DNA of 64,000 nucleotides, taken from Felis catus (Eukaryota). Each line of letters begins with the position of its first letter. Position 1 is the first letter of the stretch. The notes beneath the pieces were generated by a model, which searched no databases, was not told where the DNA came from, and worked only from the letters and a program-made list of their open reading frames with translations. The stretch covers positions 186,622,001 to 186,686,000 of the forward strand of contig NC_058368.1 in NCBI RefSeq assembly GCF_018350175.1. Direction: 5' to 3'. Positions 51,000 through 62,755 of this stretch are shown here, piece after piece. The position numbers and the translations under genes were made by a program.

Positions 51000-52862
51000 A
51001 AATGACTACTTTTTGTCTTCTTTCCTCTCTTCTTACTTTCTCAACATCTCCTACCACATTCTCACGCTCAGCTAATGACATTGTTTCCTACCTCATTAAG
51101 AAAACTGAATCATTGTAAAAAGAACTTAGAATATTCCCACCACAACACCTATCCACCCACCAGAATCCACGCCCACACATCTGCCTTACCCCTGTGGTTA
51201 CTGTGCTTCCATTGAAACATAATTCCTTCATTTTGCCCACTTAAGATGACTTTATCAATCTACCTTCTCTTTCCTATATCATCAACTGTCAGGTCTCTAC
51301 TGAGACTCAATCAGTATTATAAGCAATGCTGTTGCTATTTCTCCCAACTTTACAAAACTTATCTTCCTTCCACCCAACAAATTCTGCTAGCTACCACACC
51401 ACTTCTTTTTTTTTCCCTTTTGTAGCAAAATGCCTTTAGTTGCATATATTCTTATACTATCATAAAATCATACCAGTATGCCTTTCTCTTCCACCATACC
51501 ACCAAAACTGCATTTTCATGATTGACAGTGGTCTTCACATTGTTAACTCAAATGGGCATTCTTGAGCTTTCATCTTGTACAGGTTCCACAGCCTGTCACA
51601 TCAGGATCAGTTGGCACTGTTTATTACCCTCTGCTCCTTAATACATTTTCCTCCATTGACATCATTGACTGCATTCTCTCTAGGTTTCCTTCTTACTTCT
51701 GATTTTTTTTTTCTCAGTCTCCTTTGTGGTTTGTTTCTCTTCATTTAATACAAGAGCACACCAAGACTCACTTCTTGGATTTCTTCCTAATCTACATTCA
51801 CTTCTTTAGGTTACCTCATAAATTTGCATGGCATTACCTATCATCAATATGCTAATTGAACCCAAAAATTTATCTCTAATCCAGATTTCTCTCCCAAACA
51901 CACTTCTCTACCAGACTTTACATATCCAACTGTATGTCCCAAATGGAACTGCTCATCTTCTCTCCAAAATCTTTAATGTGAGCAGCCCTTCTTATCTCAT
52001 TTAATGTCAACCTCATCTTTCCATTTGCTCAAGGGAGAAACCTTGGGATATAATTGTCCACTCTCTTTTTTTCACATCTTCCATAAAATCCTATTACCTG
52101 GGATTACAAAATATTTCTAAAATTCTACCACCCATCACCACCTCTTTTGCTTCCACCTCTGATTGGTTTCCCTTTTTCAAACTTTATCTACCTCCATATT
52201 GATCATTCTCTACATGGAAGCTAGAATAATCATCTTAATACACATACCCAATCTTGTCATGTCTTTTCTCAAAGTCCTCACTCAGAGTTTGAAACCAAAT
52301 TCCAAATAATAGCCTACACAATTCCATATTATAAGACCCCCTTCCCCAGTGCCTCTTGTGACCTCACCTCCTGTTCATTCACTTTGCTCATAGTGTTCCA
52401 GCTGCACTGGATTTCTTACTGTGTTTCTAGTACACCATGTATCCTCCCAGCTTTCGGCCTTTCCACTATCTGTTTTTTCTACCTAAAATGCTCTTCCACC
52501 AGTAGGCTTAGGTCTAAATCCTTCATCAGTCTTTGCTTATATGTCAGATTTCTGATGAGGTCTGTACTGACCACCCAATTTAAACATGCAACCTAAGTGC
52601 CCTCCCAAGATTCTACATCCTGCTCACCTTGCTCTACTTTTTTATTTGTCCATAGCCAATATAAATTATATTACTTTCTAATATACTATGTAATTTGCCT
52701 GTTTGTTATGCTTACTATCTATTTTCTGTCTCTCTCAGCTAGAATGCATTCTCACTGAGGGCAGCTGGGTTTTTTTTATCTTTTTTTTTCTATCAGTGTG
52801 CCAAAAGTGCTGAGAACCATGCTTGCACATAGTAGGCATTCAATAAATATGTATTGAATAAG
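51000..52862 (+). mobile_element. Long L2a fragment (~1.9 kb) with 3' terminus, interrupting an old MLT1-like LTR (50860-51000, 52870-53340)
   Basis: C/T-rich L2 sense sequence ending cttgcacatagtaggcattcaataaatatgtattgaataa. Confidence 0.9.
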
Positions 52863-53905
52863 AACACAACAATCTCAGAAGCATCTCAGGAAATGATGTT
52901 CAAGACTATTGGGGAATATCTAGGATTCCAAGGATATCCTTCCGGCTTTGGAACTAGACTACCTCTCTGTCCATGTCTCTCCCTGCCTCTCTGTGATTTT
53001 CTCAGGGGCCCCGTGTATCTTTTCCCATGATATCTGTGCTTCATTGTTCTTTTTCTGCATATCAACTTCCTCTGCTTTCTTATAGTTATGGTTTCTTTGT
53101 TCCTATTCTTCCCTCCTTTCTGAATAATTATCTTTTCATATAACACCGATAAACATGCTGATTCAGTCTCTCAATATTTGGATTCCATACTTGTACCAAA
53201 GGAATATGCTTACTCCAGCCTAATGTAGACATCCAATCATGTATAATCAACCATGGCTTCAATGGAGGTACAGTCCAGATTCAACAGGAGCTGTGGAGAG
53301 GAGCAGTTTCAACTGATACTGGCTTTTGGTTGGCAGAGAACCCTTATCTTATGTACTATAGTTATTCTGTTTAATATGTCATATCTCTAGCATAGGTTGT
53401 GAAGATAGATAGGATCCGGATAGATTATATAAGGTCTCCTAAATCACATTACAACTATAAAAAAGTCATAAAATTTTCTGGCTTTTCTTTATTATAACAA
53501 ATCTTAAAATATGATGTCCAGTTAGTCTATTCAACCATTTATTTGCTTAAATTTAGGTAGGTTTGCATATTTGAAAAAGTGTAGCAAAACATCAGTCTTC
53601 CTTTGCCTTTACCTTATCCTATTTATTTGCATGTGTTTCATTCTAAACTCTGGTTTTAAATTCCACTTAATTTTTTCTTTCCCCTTGTATTTGTTAAAAG
53701 CGTATATCCACCAGTGTGCTTTGTATTTTGGAGAAACCTCCAAATGGAATATGGAATAGGAGTTAAGTGGCATGTCAACAAATCAATGGCAGAAGTCTAT
53801 TTTTGAATAATACATTTTTGTGATATTAATAAGGCACTTTATAAAAGTATCGTCATTCCATAAAGCATTAACCAAGAGGACATATTCCTTTGTAGTATGA
53901 ATTTT

Positions 53906-54125
53906 TTTAAATTTTTTTTCAACGTTTTTTATTTATTTTTGGGACAGAGAGAGACAGAGCATGAACGGGGGAGGGGCAGAGAGAGAGGGAGACACAGAAT
54001 CGGAAACAGGCTCCAGGCTCCGAGCCATCAGCCCAGAGCCTGACGCGGGGCTTGAACTCACGAACCGCGAGATCGTGACCTGGCTGAAGTTGGACGCTTA
54101 ACCGACTGCGCCACCCAGGCGCCCC
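53906..54125 (-). mobile_element. Young felid SINE (SINEC_Fc-type)
   Basis: TSD tgtagtatgaatttt at 53891-53905 and 54126-54140. Confidence 0.97.
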
Positions 54126-54384
54126 TGTAGTATGAATTTTAAATGAGGTACCAAACACTCTTGTACATATTAAATGGTGGCAAAGCTTCCATGTAAATAG
54201 GACATCTTCCTTCCTGTCTATTAATATATGTTTCATATGATTTGAGTCCAATACTTCTTATTAAAAGTTATTAATCTGTTAGGTTTTAAGCTATATACCA
54301 ACTAAAGATGTTTTTATTTATTTTGAATATATGCAGATGAGACCAGTGTTATCTGTTATATAGATGTTAATCAACAGGTTTTAC

Positions 54385-55105
54385 TTATTCATTCAAAAAC
54401 ATTTATTTAGTACCTACAATGTACCAAGCAATGTCCTAGATGTTTTATATACCACAGTGAATAGAAAAGACACATTCCTGCCCTATAGGAATGTACATCG
54501 TAGTACAGAGAGCCAGACGATGGAATAAATAGAGAAGCTCATTCCTGAATGATCAAGTATATAGAAAATTAAACGGTGTAAAAATGTAGAGAACAACTGC
54601 AATGGGGAATCTAGGTGACAGCTCAGAATAAGATACAGAGGTCAAGCTTCATTTGGAGGTCACTGAAGCTGAAACCTGAACAAGCAATAAGAATCATCTA
54701 TGTACAGATCTACATGAAGGGAGTGCAAGGCAAGAGCTAAGGCTTCAAGACAAGGAATGAGCTTCTTGTGTTTAAAGAGCAGACCAGGCCAGTATAAAAT
54801 TAATAGAAGTGACTTCAAAGAGGTAGACAGGACCAGAGTCAGATCATGTAAGGGGGATGGGTTGTTTTATTTATCTATAAGGTAAAATGAAAAGCCACTA
54901 GAAGCTTTTGAGCAGAGTGACATGTCAGGGTATTCTTTTAATGCTCACTGCCTACTATATATAGGGGAATACAAATGGAAGCTGGGAAATCAGTTAGCAG
55001 CTATAGCAGTTTTGCAGGCATGAGATGATGTACTCATAGTCTATGACACTAATACTGGGAGAGGGAGAGAATTCGATGAATATATTTTGAAGGTCGAGCC
55101 CGTAG
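54385..55105 (-). mobile_element. L2 3' region (antisense)
   Basis: attcattcaaaaacatttatttagtacctacaatgtaccaagc...aagccactagaagcttttgagcagag. Confidence 0.85.
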
Positions 55106-55299
55106 CTAGAGTTTTATTTTGGACATCTATAAATGACAAATTTGCAAATATATATGCCATGAGCCAGAGGAGAGATTCATTATCTCATACAGACTCCAAG
55201 GTTATAGAGTCCCAAAATCTCCAGGAACCCTACATCTAAGAAAACATATGTATGTCTTAGGACATTCTTGAAATTTTAAAGGAATTTTTCAAACTCTAT

Positions 55300-55482
55300 A
55301 GAGCAGAGTTTCTCTTGAAGCATGGACATGTGGTCTGTGCATCAGTACTTGCTGGTACATTTATTAATGTACCTACATGGTTAGCCTACACAATTAGACT
55401 CTGTAGGTATGGCCCAGGAATAGGCATGTTTAACAGGTCCTGGAGGTGATTTGTTGGTCACAAAAATTTGAGGATACTGCTG
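55300..55482. mobile_element. MER5-family MITE
   Basis: agcagagtttctc...ttagactctgtaggtatggcccaggaataggcatgtttaacagg...aatttgaggatactgct. Confidence 0.65.
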
Positions 55483-55891
55483 AGGTGAATCACTCTTTAA
55501 GTCCTAGGGCTGTTATATTAAATGCCAATTTGCTATGTTGGTAATATTAGTCCTTTATTTTCCCCCTCATCTTAGAAGCCGTTTGTACTGTAAAATCATA
55601 GTTCTATAAAGATAATGTGGTTTGGAGAAAACTGCCCTTGAATTTGAAAATCAATTGAGTTTTTTCTCCAGTCAGAAAATTGCCCTATTATCTGTAATTG
55701 CACAATCCTTAGGAACTAAGGAAATAAATTTTAGTATTTGGTGTTTGTTTTGCTTTATGAAATCTTTGTGGATAGGTTGCTTTAATGTCACATACCAAAA
55801 AATATCCAAGTTCTAGATAGAAGAAGTACTAGTAAAAAAGTTGATTTGGATTGGAAGGATCAGTATCAGGTATCAGGTACACTGGACTTAC

Positions 55892-55958
55892 CTGCTGCCA
55901 AATCAAAGGTATTACCTTAGTTATGTTTGGACATTCAGGAAGCTTGTCTCAAGCTGGG
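55892..55958 (-). other. Candidate non-coding exon with consensus donor
   Basis: Minus strand catttacag|cccagc...ggcagcag|gtaagt; all three frames contain stops. Confidence 0.3.
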
Positions 55959-56989
55959 CTGTAAATGTTTAAAGTGCAAATATTACAGCTGCAGTTCCAG
56001 AGTCTGGAAGCAGTTTGCACAAATCACCTAAACACCCCACCATCTTGAAAATTGTTTCCTCTTGGCATTTATTGGTTTGAAATCAATGACATGATTACCA
56101 TTATGTTAGAAGAAGCACACAGCTCCTGTGTTTGTTAATGACCAATTGTGAAAGAAAGGGGCTTCCACATTTTCAAACAAATTGGTTTTACTCAATTTAG
56201 AAATCAAACTAGTAGCAAAGGTGATCATTTAGGATTGAAATGCACAGATTCAGGTGATAGATTTATCCAGAATATACTTTTTTTTTTTTTTTGCCAGCAC
56301 AATGCCTTAATTTTTGGCAGTAGTACCTGAATTTGAATTATCTTGGGTGCAGGACTACACTCCCCAGTTCAGTACATTCAGAACTTATACATTACCTATT
56401 TTGTTTGACCCCTGAAGCATTTGAGAGTCTTAGTCCTTATTTAACTGCCAAATGTTTTAACCCAGGTGCTGGTAGTATGAGACAGCCATTAAATCAGCTT
56501 CCTTCCTTTTCTACTCTGTTCAGACCCTCCAAGAAAAGGAATACTACTTTATCACATATTAAAGGTTGTGCCCATTATTTACTGAAGATAGACATTAAAT
56601 GATTTACCCAATTCTTCATCCCACAGAGTGAGAACTTAGTAGCTTTTGCATAGTAAATGAACAATTGTTTTCTAACTTGAACTGAACCTAAAAGTTGCAT
56701 TTGGAAACTTAATTTTTAAACTGTAGATAATTTGAAAATAAAAATAAAAATTTTGCTTTAACTATAGGTATCACTAATCAGAGTAATGATGGCCAGTCAT
56801 CATTAAACTAGTGTGCTAATTGTTTTGCAAGCATTTTTTCCAGTTCTTAGAACAACATAGAAAATACAAGTGGCATTATTTGCTTTTTTAGTGGAGTTAG
56901 GCTCTGGAGACATAGTAGGAAGTAGGCAATATTTGAACCCATCTGTGTTTGTTTTATTAGACCATGCTCAAGTGCAAGGTAGCAGGTTT

Positions 56990-57800
56990 ATATTATTTAT
57001 TGATGGGTAACAAATTACCCTAAAGCTTAGAAGCTTAAAAGAACAGACATTTATTGTCTCATAGTTTCTGAAGGTCAGAAATCACAAGTCAGTTAGATAA
57101 GTGATTCTGGCTCAGGGTTTCTCATGAGGTGTAGTCAGGCTATTGGTCAGGGCTGTGGTCTCATCTGAAGGTTCAGCTGGGTAAGGACCCATTTTTTTTT
57201 TCAACGTTTTTTTGTTTGTTTTTTTTTTTGTTTTGTTTTGTTTTGGGACAGAGAGAGACAGAGCATGAACGGGGGAGGGGCAGAGAGAGAGGGAGACACA
57301 GAATCGGAAACAGGCTCCAGGCTCCGAGCCATCAGCCCAGAGCCCGACGTGGGGCTCGAACTCACGGACCGCGAGATGTGACCTGGCTGAAGTCGACTGC
57401 GCCACCCAGGCGCCCCAAGGACCCATTTTTTTAAGCTCTCTCAGAGTTGTGGCAGGTCTCAGTCCCTCATGGTGTTCCTATTTGACTGAGGGCCTCAGTT
57501 TCTTGGTCTGATGGAGACCTCCTTCTCTTTCTCACCATGTTAGTCTCTGCACAAAACAGGTTGCAATGTATTGGAACCTGAAGAGGTGAAGGAGAAAGAG
57601 AGAGAGTACATTCAAGACAGAAGTTCCAGTCTTTTTATAACCTAATCTCATAAGTGACATCCTATAATTTCTGCTGTATTCTATATCTTAGAAGTGTATC
57701 ACTAAGTCCAGCCCACACTCCAGGAGACAGAAATTAAGTTTCATCATTTGTGGGTAGCAATATCAAAGAATTTGTGGACATTTCATTAAAATCACCAAAG
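56990..57800 (-). mobile_element. MLT1-type MaLR LTR, interrupted by a SINE
   Basis: gtaacaaattaccctaaagcttagaagcttaaaa...catttattgtctcatagtttctg...ttttataacctaatctcataagtgacatcc...ccagcccacactc. Confidence 0.85.
57199..57416 (-). mobile_element. Young felid SINE with 12-nt internal deletion
   Basis: TSD aaggacccattttttt at 57183-57198 and 57417-57432. Confidence 0.96.
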
Positions 57801-58199
57801 CAAGCTAATTCTCTATTCAGCTTAGAAACCACAAAAGCAAGCAAACAAACAAACAAACAAAACTATACAGACATAAGGATACTGCCCTTAATTTGGTTGA
57901 ATTTGGGTCAAATATTGATAATTATTTAGTTTTAAGTATGTCTCACATGTTCTACATTTCATCTTCGGTGTCAGCATTTAAAAAGTTATGTTTAAGGAGT
58001 AATTTTTTTCTCAAACCAGGAATATAATCAATAGTTTAGAAAAGGGCAGATTTGCAACAATTTGGTCAAGGCTTTTGGCATTACTCTAGATGTTTTCTGC
58101 ATATTATTTTTTAAGCTGGAAAGGTTTTATTCCATGTTAGAAGCTACAAATTTTAACTGCTTGGCCTGCACTAATGAAGTCACATTCAAAGTCTTATTT

Positions 58200-58393
58200 T
58201 TTTTTTGAGACAAAAAGAGAGGTAGAGCATGAGCACAGGAGGGGCTGAGAGAGAGGGGACACAGAATCTGACGCAGGTTCCAGGCTCTGAGCTGTCAGTA
58301 CAGAGCCCGATGTGGGGCTCGAACTCATGGACCGCGAGATCATGATCTGAGCCAAAGGTGGATGCTCAACCTACTGAGCCACCCAGGCTCCCC
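58200..58393 (-). mobile_element. Carnivore SINE
   Basis: TSD tcaa(a/g)gtcttattt at 58186-58199 and 58394-58407. Confidence 0.95.
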
Positions 58394-58842
58394 TCAAGGT
58401 CTTATTTGTATGAATTAATTTGCATTGGTATTTAGAGGTCAAACAAAGAGAATGAACCATTGACTTCATTCACATAGGTCCAACTTTGACCAAACTGATA
58501 GTCTGATATGAATGGACAGTAGCTTCAATTGTATGCAAATGCATTAACTTTCTTTTTTAAAAAAATTCTCAAGAATTTCACTGCATCAAAGAACCAAATG
58601 ATTTACGTTTAATTGTAAGAATGTCATACACACACACACAGACATACACACAACACACACTTTTACTCTATTGAATAAAAATGATCTTTTGAAATGATCT
58701 TTCAAGGTCCCCTTGTTTTTATTTCTACTCTACAGGAAATAAAATTGCTAGTTTTGAGTAGTCCTTAATAATTTAAATCCAAATGAATTATTTGGAGTTC
58801 TCCTTAAATTTAACCAAATTTCAAATTCGAAATCATCTAAAA

Positions 58843-59348
58843 CAGTGACTCAAAGTGTAATCTACAAGACCACTGGGTGGTTGCTGAGACCCTTTCAGAG
58901 TGTTCTGAAGGTTAAAGCTCACTTCATAGTAATACTAAGCCTTTATTTTCATTTTTCACTTTCATTATTTCAAAATGTACAGTCATGTTTTCAAAAGACT
59001 CACATTATCACAACCACTGATTGCAGAAGCAACATTGAGAATCCAGCTGTCTTGTTAAGCCAGCCAAAAAGAAATTTACAAAAATAAAAACAATGCCAGT
59101 CTTCTGAACAAGTTTTTGTATTTTGTAAAATATAGCTACTATTCATAAAAATGACATTTATGTTAACATGAAAATAGGATCATTATTGTTATAAATGAAT
59201 TAATGGATAGATATTTTTAAATATCTGTTTTAATTTCTAAGATAGTATGTATCAGTGGGTGTAAACCACATAAACAAAAGCTTTTGGGAGTTCTTAATAA
59301 TTTTTTGAGTATAAAGGAGTTCTAAAACCAAAAATTGGGGGATTGCTG
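58843..59348. mobile_element. Charlie1b-like hAT DNA transposon, near full length
   Basis: Starts cagtgactcaaagtgt...gagaccctttcag...ttcatagtaatactaag; ends aaacaaaagcttttgggagttcttaataattttt...gattgctg; ~505 bp. Confidence 0.75.
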
Positions 59349-59634
59349 TTTTAGAACAAATTTATTTTTTAGGTATAGAAACAGAGTTCTAAAAAATGTA
59401 TGATTTGTCCAAAATTCTACAACTTGTATATAGCAGCACTGGGATAGGAACCTAGGTAGGTCTCTTGATTTAGGTTATGCCATATGGCTGAGCCCATAAT
59501 ATTTATAAAACCAGTTGGAGATTCTCTGAAGCAAGGCCCAGCTGTGAGCATGAATTTTATCTTGGAAATGAAGGTGTATATACCATTCTATGAAGAAAAA
59601 AATGTTTGTTTTCCTGTTTCTACAGAACCTAGTG

Positions 59635-60085
59635 CTCTCCATTAGCTTTTAGTAATTAACAATCTGCCCCAAACTGTGGATTAAAACAGAAACCATTTAT
59701 TATTGCTTAGGAAGCTACAGGTTGGCTGAGAGGCTCAGAACCAGGCCCACACATGCATGTGGTTCTCACACAGATAGGCTTGGGGCTGTCTGACTGCTGT
59801 GATGGGGTGAGTGGACACATGTCCCTGCTTCTCCACAGGCTATCCAACCCTTTCACAGGGTGGCAGCAGGATTCCAAAAGAAAGGGGAGTGGGGAGCTGC
59901 CAAACCTTCACTAGCCCAAGCTCACAACTTGGCTCAGTGTTACTTCTTTGATTAAAACAAGTGTGACAGGCAGCTCAGATTCAAGGTGTAGGGAAAGATT
60001 CTACATCTTCTTGGGAGGAACTGCAAAGTCACACCGCATAAAGGCATTGATACAGTAAGAGGGATGATTACAGACATATTTCTGT
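59635..60085 (-). mobile_element. MLT1-type MaLR LTR
   Basis: taacaatctgccccaaactgtggattaaaacagaaaccatttattattgct...cagattcaaggtgtagggaaag...gggaggaactgcaaagtcac. Confidence 0.75.
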
Positions 60086-60159
60086 ACTATTACAGAATAA
60101 TTTGAAAATATGGCCTTGAATAAGTAGTATGAGGTAATAAATGGAGTTACTGAGGAGTT

Positions 60160-60355
60160 GGACCCTAGTGTTAAAGGGGATTTAGTTCAATTACCATTTC
60201 TGACCTTTGGGTAAGACGTTTAATCTCTTCAAATTGTTGTTTCTTCATCTGTGAGCTGGGAATAATAACAATTTCTGCTTCAAAAGGATTAAATGAGATA
60301 ATGCTTGTGAAGAACATGGCATCACACAGAAAATGATTTAAAATGTTAGCTAGTA
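60160..60355. mobile_element. MIR
   Basis: tgacctttgggtaagacgtttaatctct...tttcttcatctgtgagctgggaataataac...attaaatgagataatgc. Confidence 0.85.
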
Positions 60356-60374
60356 GCAAGTTTAAAAATCCCTT

Positions 60375-61680
60375 GTGTTAGATCACCTTGATGAATTCTT
60401 CCTGATTCCCCCAAACAGAATAGCAATGCCATGTTTAACTATGCATGTATATTTGCATGAGCAGCTAGCATGCTATCAGCCCCCAGGCCTCCCTCCTGCT
60501 GTTCACATAAGCCCCTTACCAAACACAATTTGGGCCCATCTTAGTAAATGTAATAAATGTCTGGTATTTGCCACCTTTCCAGTACAAGCCATGGATACCA
60601 ATTTGAAGAGTGTAGGCTCGCTGTTTAAATGAGACTTCATATTTGAGTATAGGGTATGAATTCCTTACCAGATCATTTAATAAATATCCTGAGAATTAAC
60701 ACAGGATGTTACGCAAGCAAAGAAGGGTCAGTCATACATGGAGTTTAAGGGCAGAATGAAGATTTTCTTATTAGTCAAGACACATGCTAATGGTCTGTTT
60801 CACTGGCCAGCCAGATATTTAGACTAAAAATTTCTGTACAAGAGCATCTTGCCTGATATCTTTAAATGTGTGAGTCCTCAGCTGACCCCTGTCACAGTGA
60901 AGGTGTACCAAAGAATGAGTTAACATGGAGAGACCCAGACCACTTCCAACATCAGTAAGCGAGCTCTTCACTTTCTCTGCCACCCCCTATGAGAAAGCAG
61001 ATGGGTTGGTGTAACACTTGATGGCATTTTATTGCACAGCTGTGCATATCTCCTAGGCCATTTGGTTGGCCTTGTTAATTTAAGTATCTTCCCTCACTCT
61101 TGAGCTAACAAATTCTTCCATGGGACTAAATCCCCTTGTCACCAGGGAGCATTATTCCATTTGCACAGCAGGTATTGGCTGCCTCTGGAGGCTATTGTGG
61201 CAATTTGGCTTCCAAAATCTGTCAGCCCGGAGAAAGTCATTATCAGAGGGCCGTGTGGCCACTCCAAGGATACTGTTGTTCACCTAAGAATGACAACATA
61301 TATTAAAAGTCAGCAACACCAACAAAAGTTTCTTTTGACACAATGGCCTTTGCTTCAACTTTTATGGACTGGTACCAATGGTACCACCTTTCTTTTAGTG
61401 ACTCGAAGGCTACTGCATGGGAATTCCACATCCCAAGTCACTAATGATCTCAGCTTTCCAGTCCCACCATCTTACAATTCAGCAAGTAGAATCTGCTCAT
61501 CATTCCACCTTCGGGAGTGGGATCTGGTGAACTACAATGAAAGGGTTAGTGTGTTGACCATTCCGTACAGCCACGCTTACATGACTCCCTCCCTTATTAA
61601 GACCTGCATTAAGGAGGTGACAGGCACAGAATTATCAAGCTTGGTTCTTCACCCTCCGGGGTGGTCTGGTGGCTGAGACC
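60375..61680 (+). mobile_element. Degraded LTR-retrotransposon pol fragment: Ty3/Gypsy-type (possibly class III ERV-type) integrase remnant, MamGyp-like
   Basis: Ordered integrase motifs across frames: H..QPPG...CNKC (60456-60560, HHCC-like); IFLLVK-x9-P-x16-IF (60762-60863, cf. ILVVVD-x9-P-x16-IF); FSATPYEKADGLV*H (60973-61017, cf. FSSAYHPQTDGLVER); W-x16-SSMGLNPL (61063-61137, cf. W-x16-SSTGxSPF); PPS...RICSSFH (~61464-61508, cf. LPPS..RIHPVFH). Several stops and frameshifts are present. Manual alignment only. Confidence 0.6.
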
Positions 61681-61759
61681 AACACATTCACAAACCCTCT
61701 GATGCAAAACTGTCTATAACAGCTATGTTGTAGAAATTAAAACAGTGCTGTGAAAACAT

Positions 61760-62260
61760 CAGGAAAGAAAGACAGGAAGTTCCCAACTGAGGGAAAATGA
61801 GACAGTGTCTTGGAAAGTTGAGATGGGCCCTGAAATTGTACAGAAATTTGATATCAGTGGGAAAAATGTTTCAGTTAGCTTGAACCAAGGCCTGGAGGTC
61901 AAAGGATTACGAAAGGAAGTAGAAGGGTAGAGATGAGAGCTTTGAAAGAGGAAGAAGTGCAATAGAAGATGAGGCTGCGAAGCCGATAGAAGCCCCGTGA
62001 TAAGAGTTTTGAATGCCTGAGTGAAGAATTTGCTTTTAAGTCTGGACCTGTTGAAAAGGCCATAAAGAATTTTTTCATATTTTTGTTTTCCATTTTTTAA
62101 TGCTTTCCTAAGGCATAGAAATGGCACACCAGCCTGTTTTTAAATGAAGTGTAATAGCATCATGTGTAGCACAGATTAGAAGAAGGCAGGAAACTTAAAG
62201 CCTGTTGACTAGTATGTTGAAGAATATAAACAAAAGATGCAGAGATCTGAAGCCAGAGTG
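61760..62260 (-). mobile_element. L2 fragment (antisense)
   Basis: ttgagatgggccctgaa...caaggcctggagg...agagttttgaatgcctgagtgaagaatttg. Confidence 0.65.
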
Positions 62261-62624
62261 GACTGTTCTTAATCCTAAGTATTCAAATAAAACTGGTGTG
62301 AATACAAATGAGCAGAAACCCTTCAGACCTGGCTCCATCTTTCTGTTCTATGCTGTTGGTGATTGTAGACCATAGATTAAAGAAGAGAACCAGACCCCTG
62401 GGTAGAGACGGCATCAGAAACATCTCCTCTAGTCCCTTATAAGAGAGGCAGAGCTGGGAGAAAATATTTTAATTTTGGAGCTTGTAAAACCTTTGTTCAG
62501 AAGAAACATTGTTCTTCTCTTGGTCAGGCTAGATACCACCATCCCTTTGCTGATTCCCATGGCAAGGGAAATGACTTTCGCTCTGCAACACTCTCCTGGC
62601 TATGAAGAGGTTAGTCCATGGGTA

Positions 62625-62755
62625 AACACCATCCCCCCACCTGGAAGTTTATTAGAACTACAGAATCTCAGGCTCTACCCACTTAATCCTAGTTCACACT
62701 GCATTTTAACAAGATTTCCAGGTGATTTTTATGCACGTGAAATTTGAGCAGCACT
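62625..62755. mobile_element. MER5-family MITE
   Basis: ttattagaactacagaatctcaggctctaccc...ctgcattttaacaagatttccaggtgatttttatgcac..aaatttgagcagcactg. Confidence 0.8.

Noticed and set aside
60690..61680. Endogenous bornavirus-like nucleoprotein (EBLN): DIFKCVSPQL, HSCAYLLG, PLEAI and MTTY resemble BoDV-1 N motifs
   Set aside because: Equally loose N-like matches can be found on the opposite strand and out of order, which indicates over-fitting. Spacings are off by ~10 aa. The integrase reading fits several spacings exactly. A TBLASTN with bornaviral N proteins would settle it.
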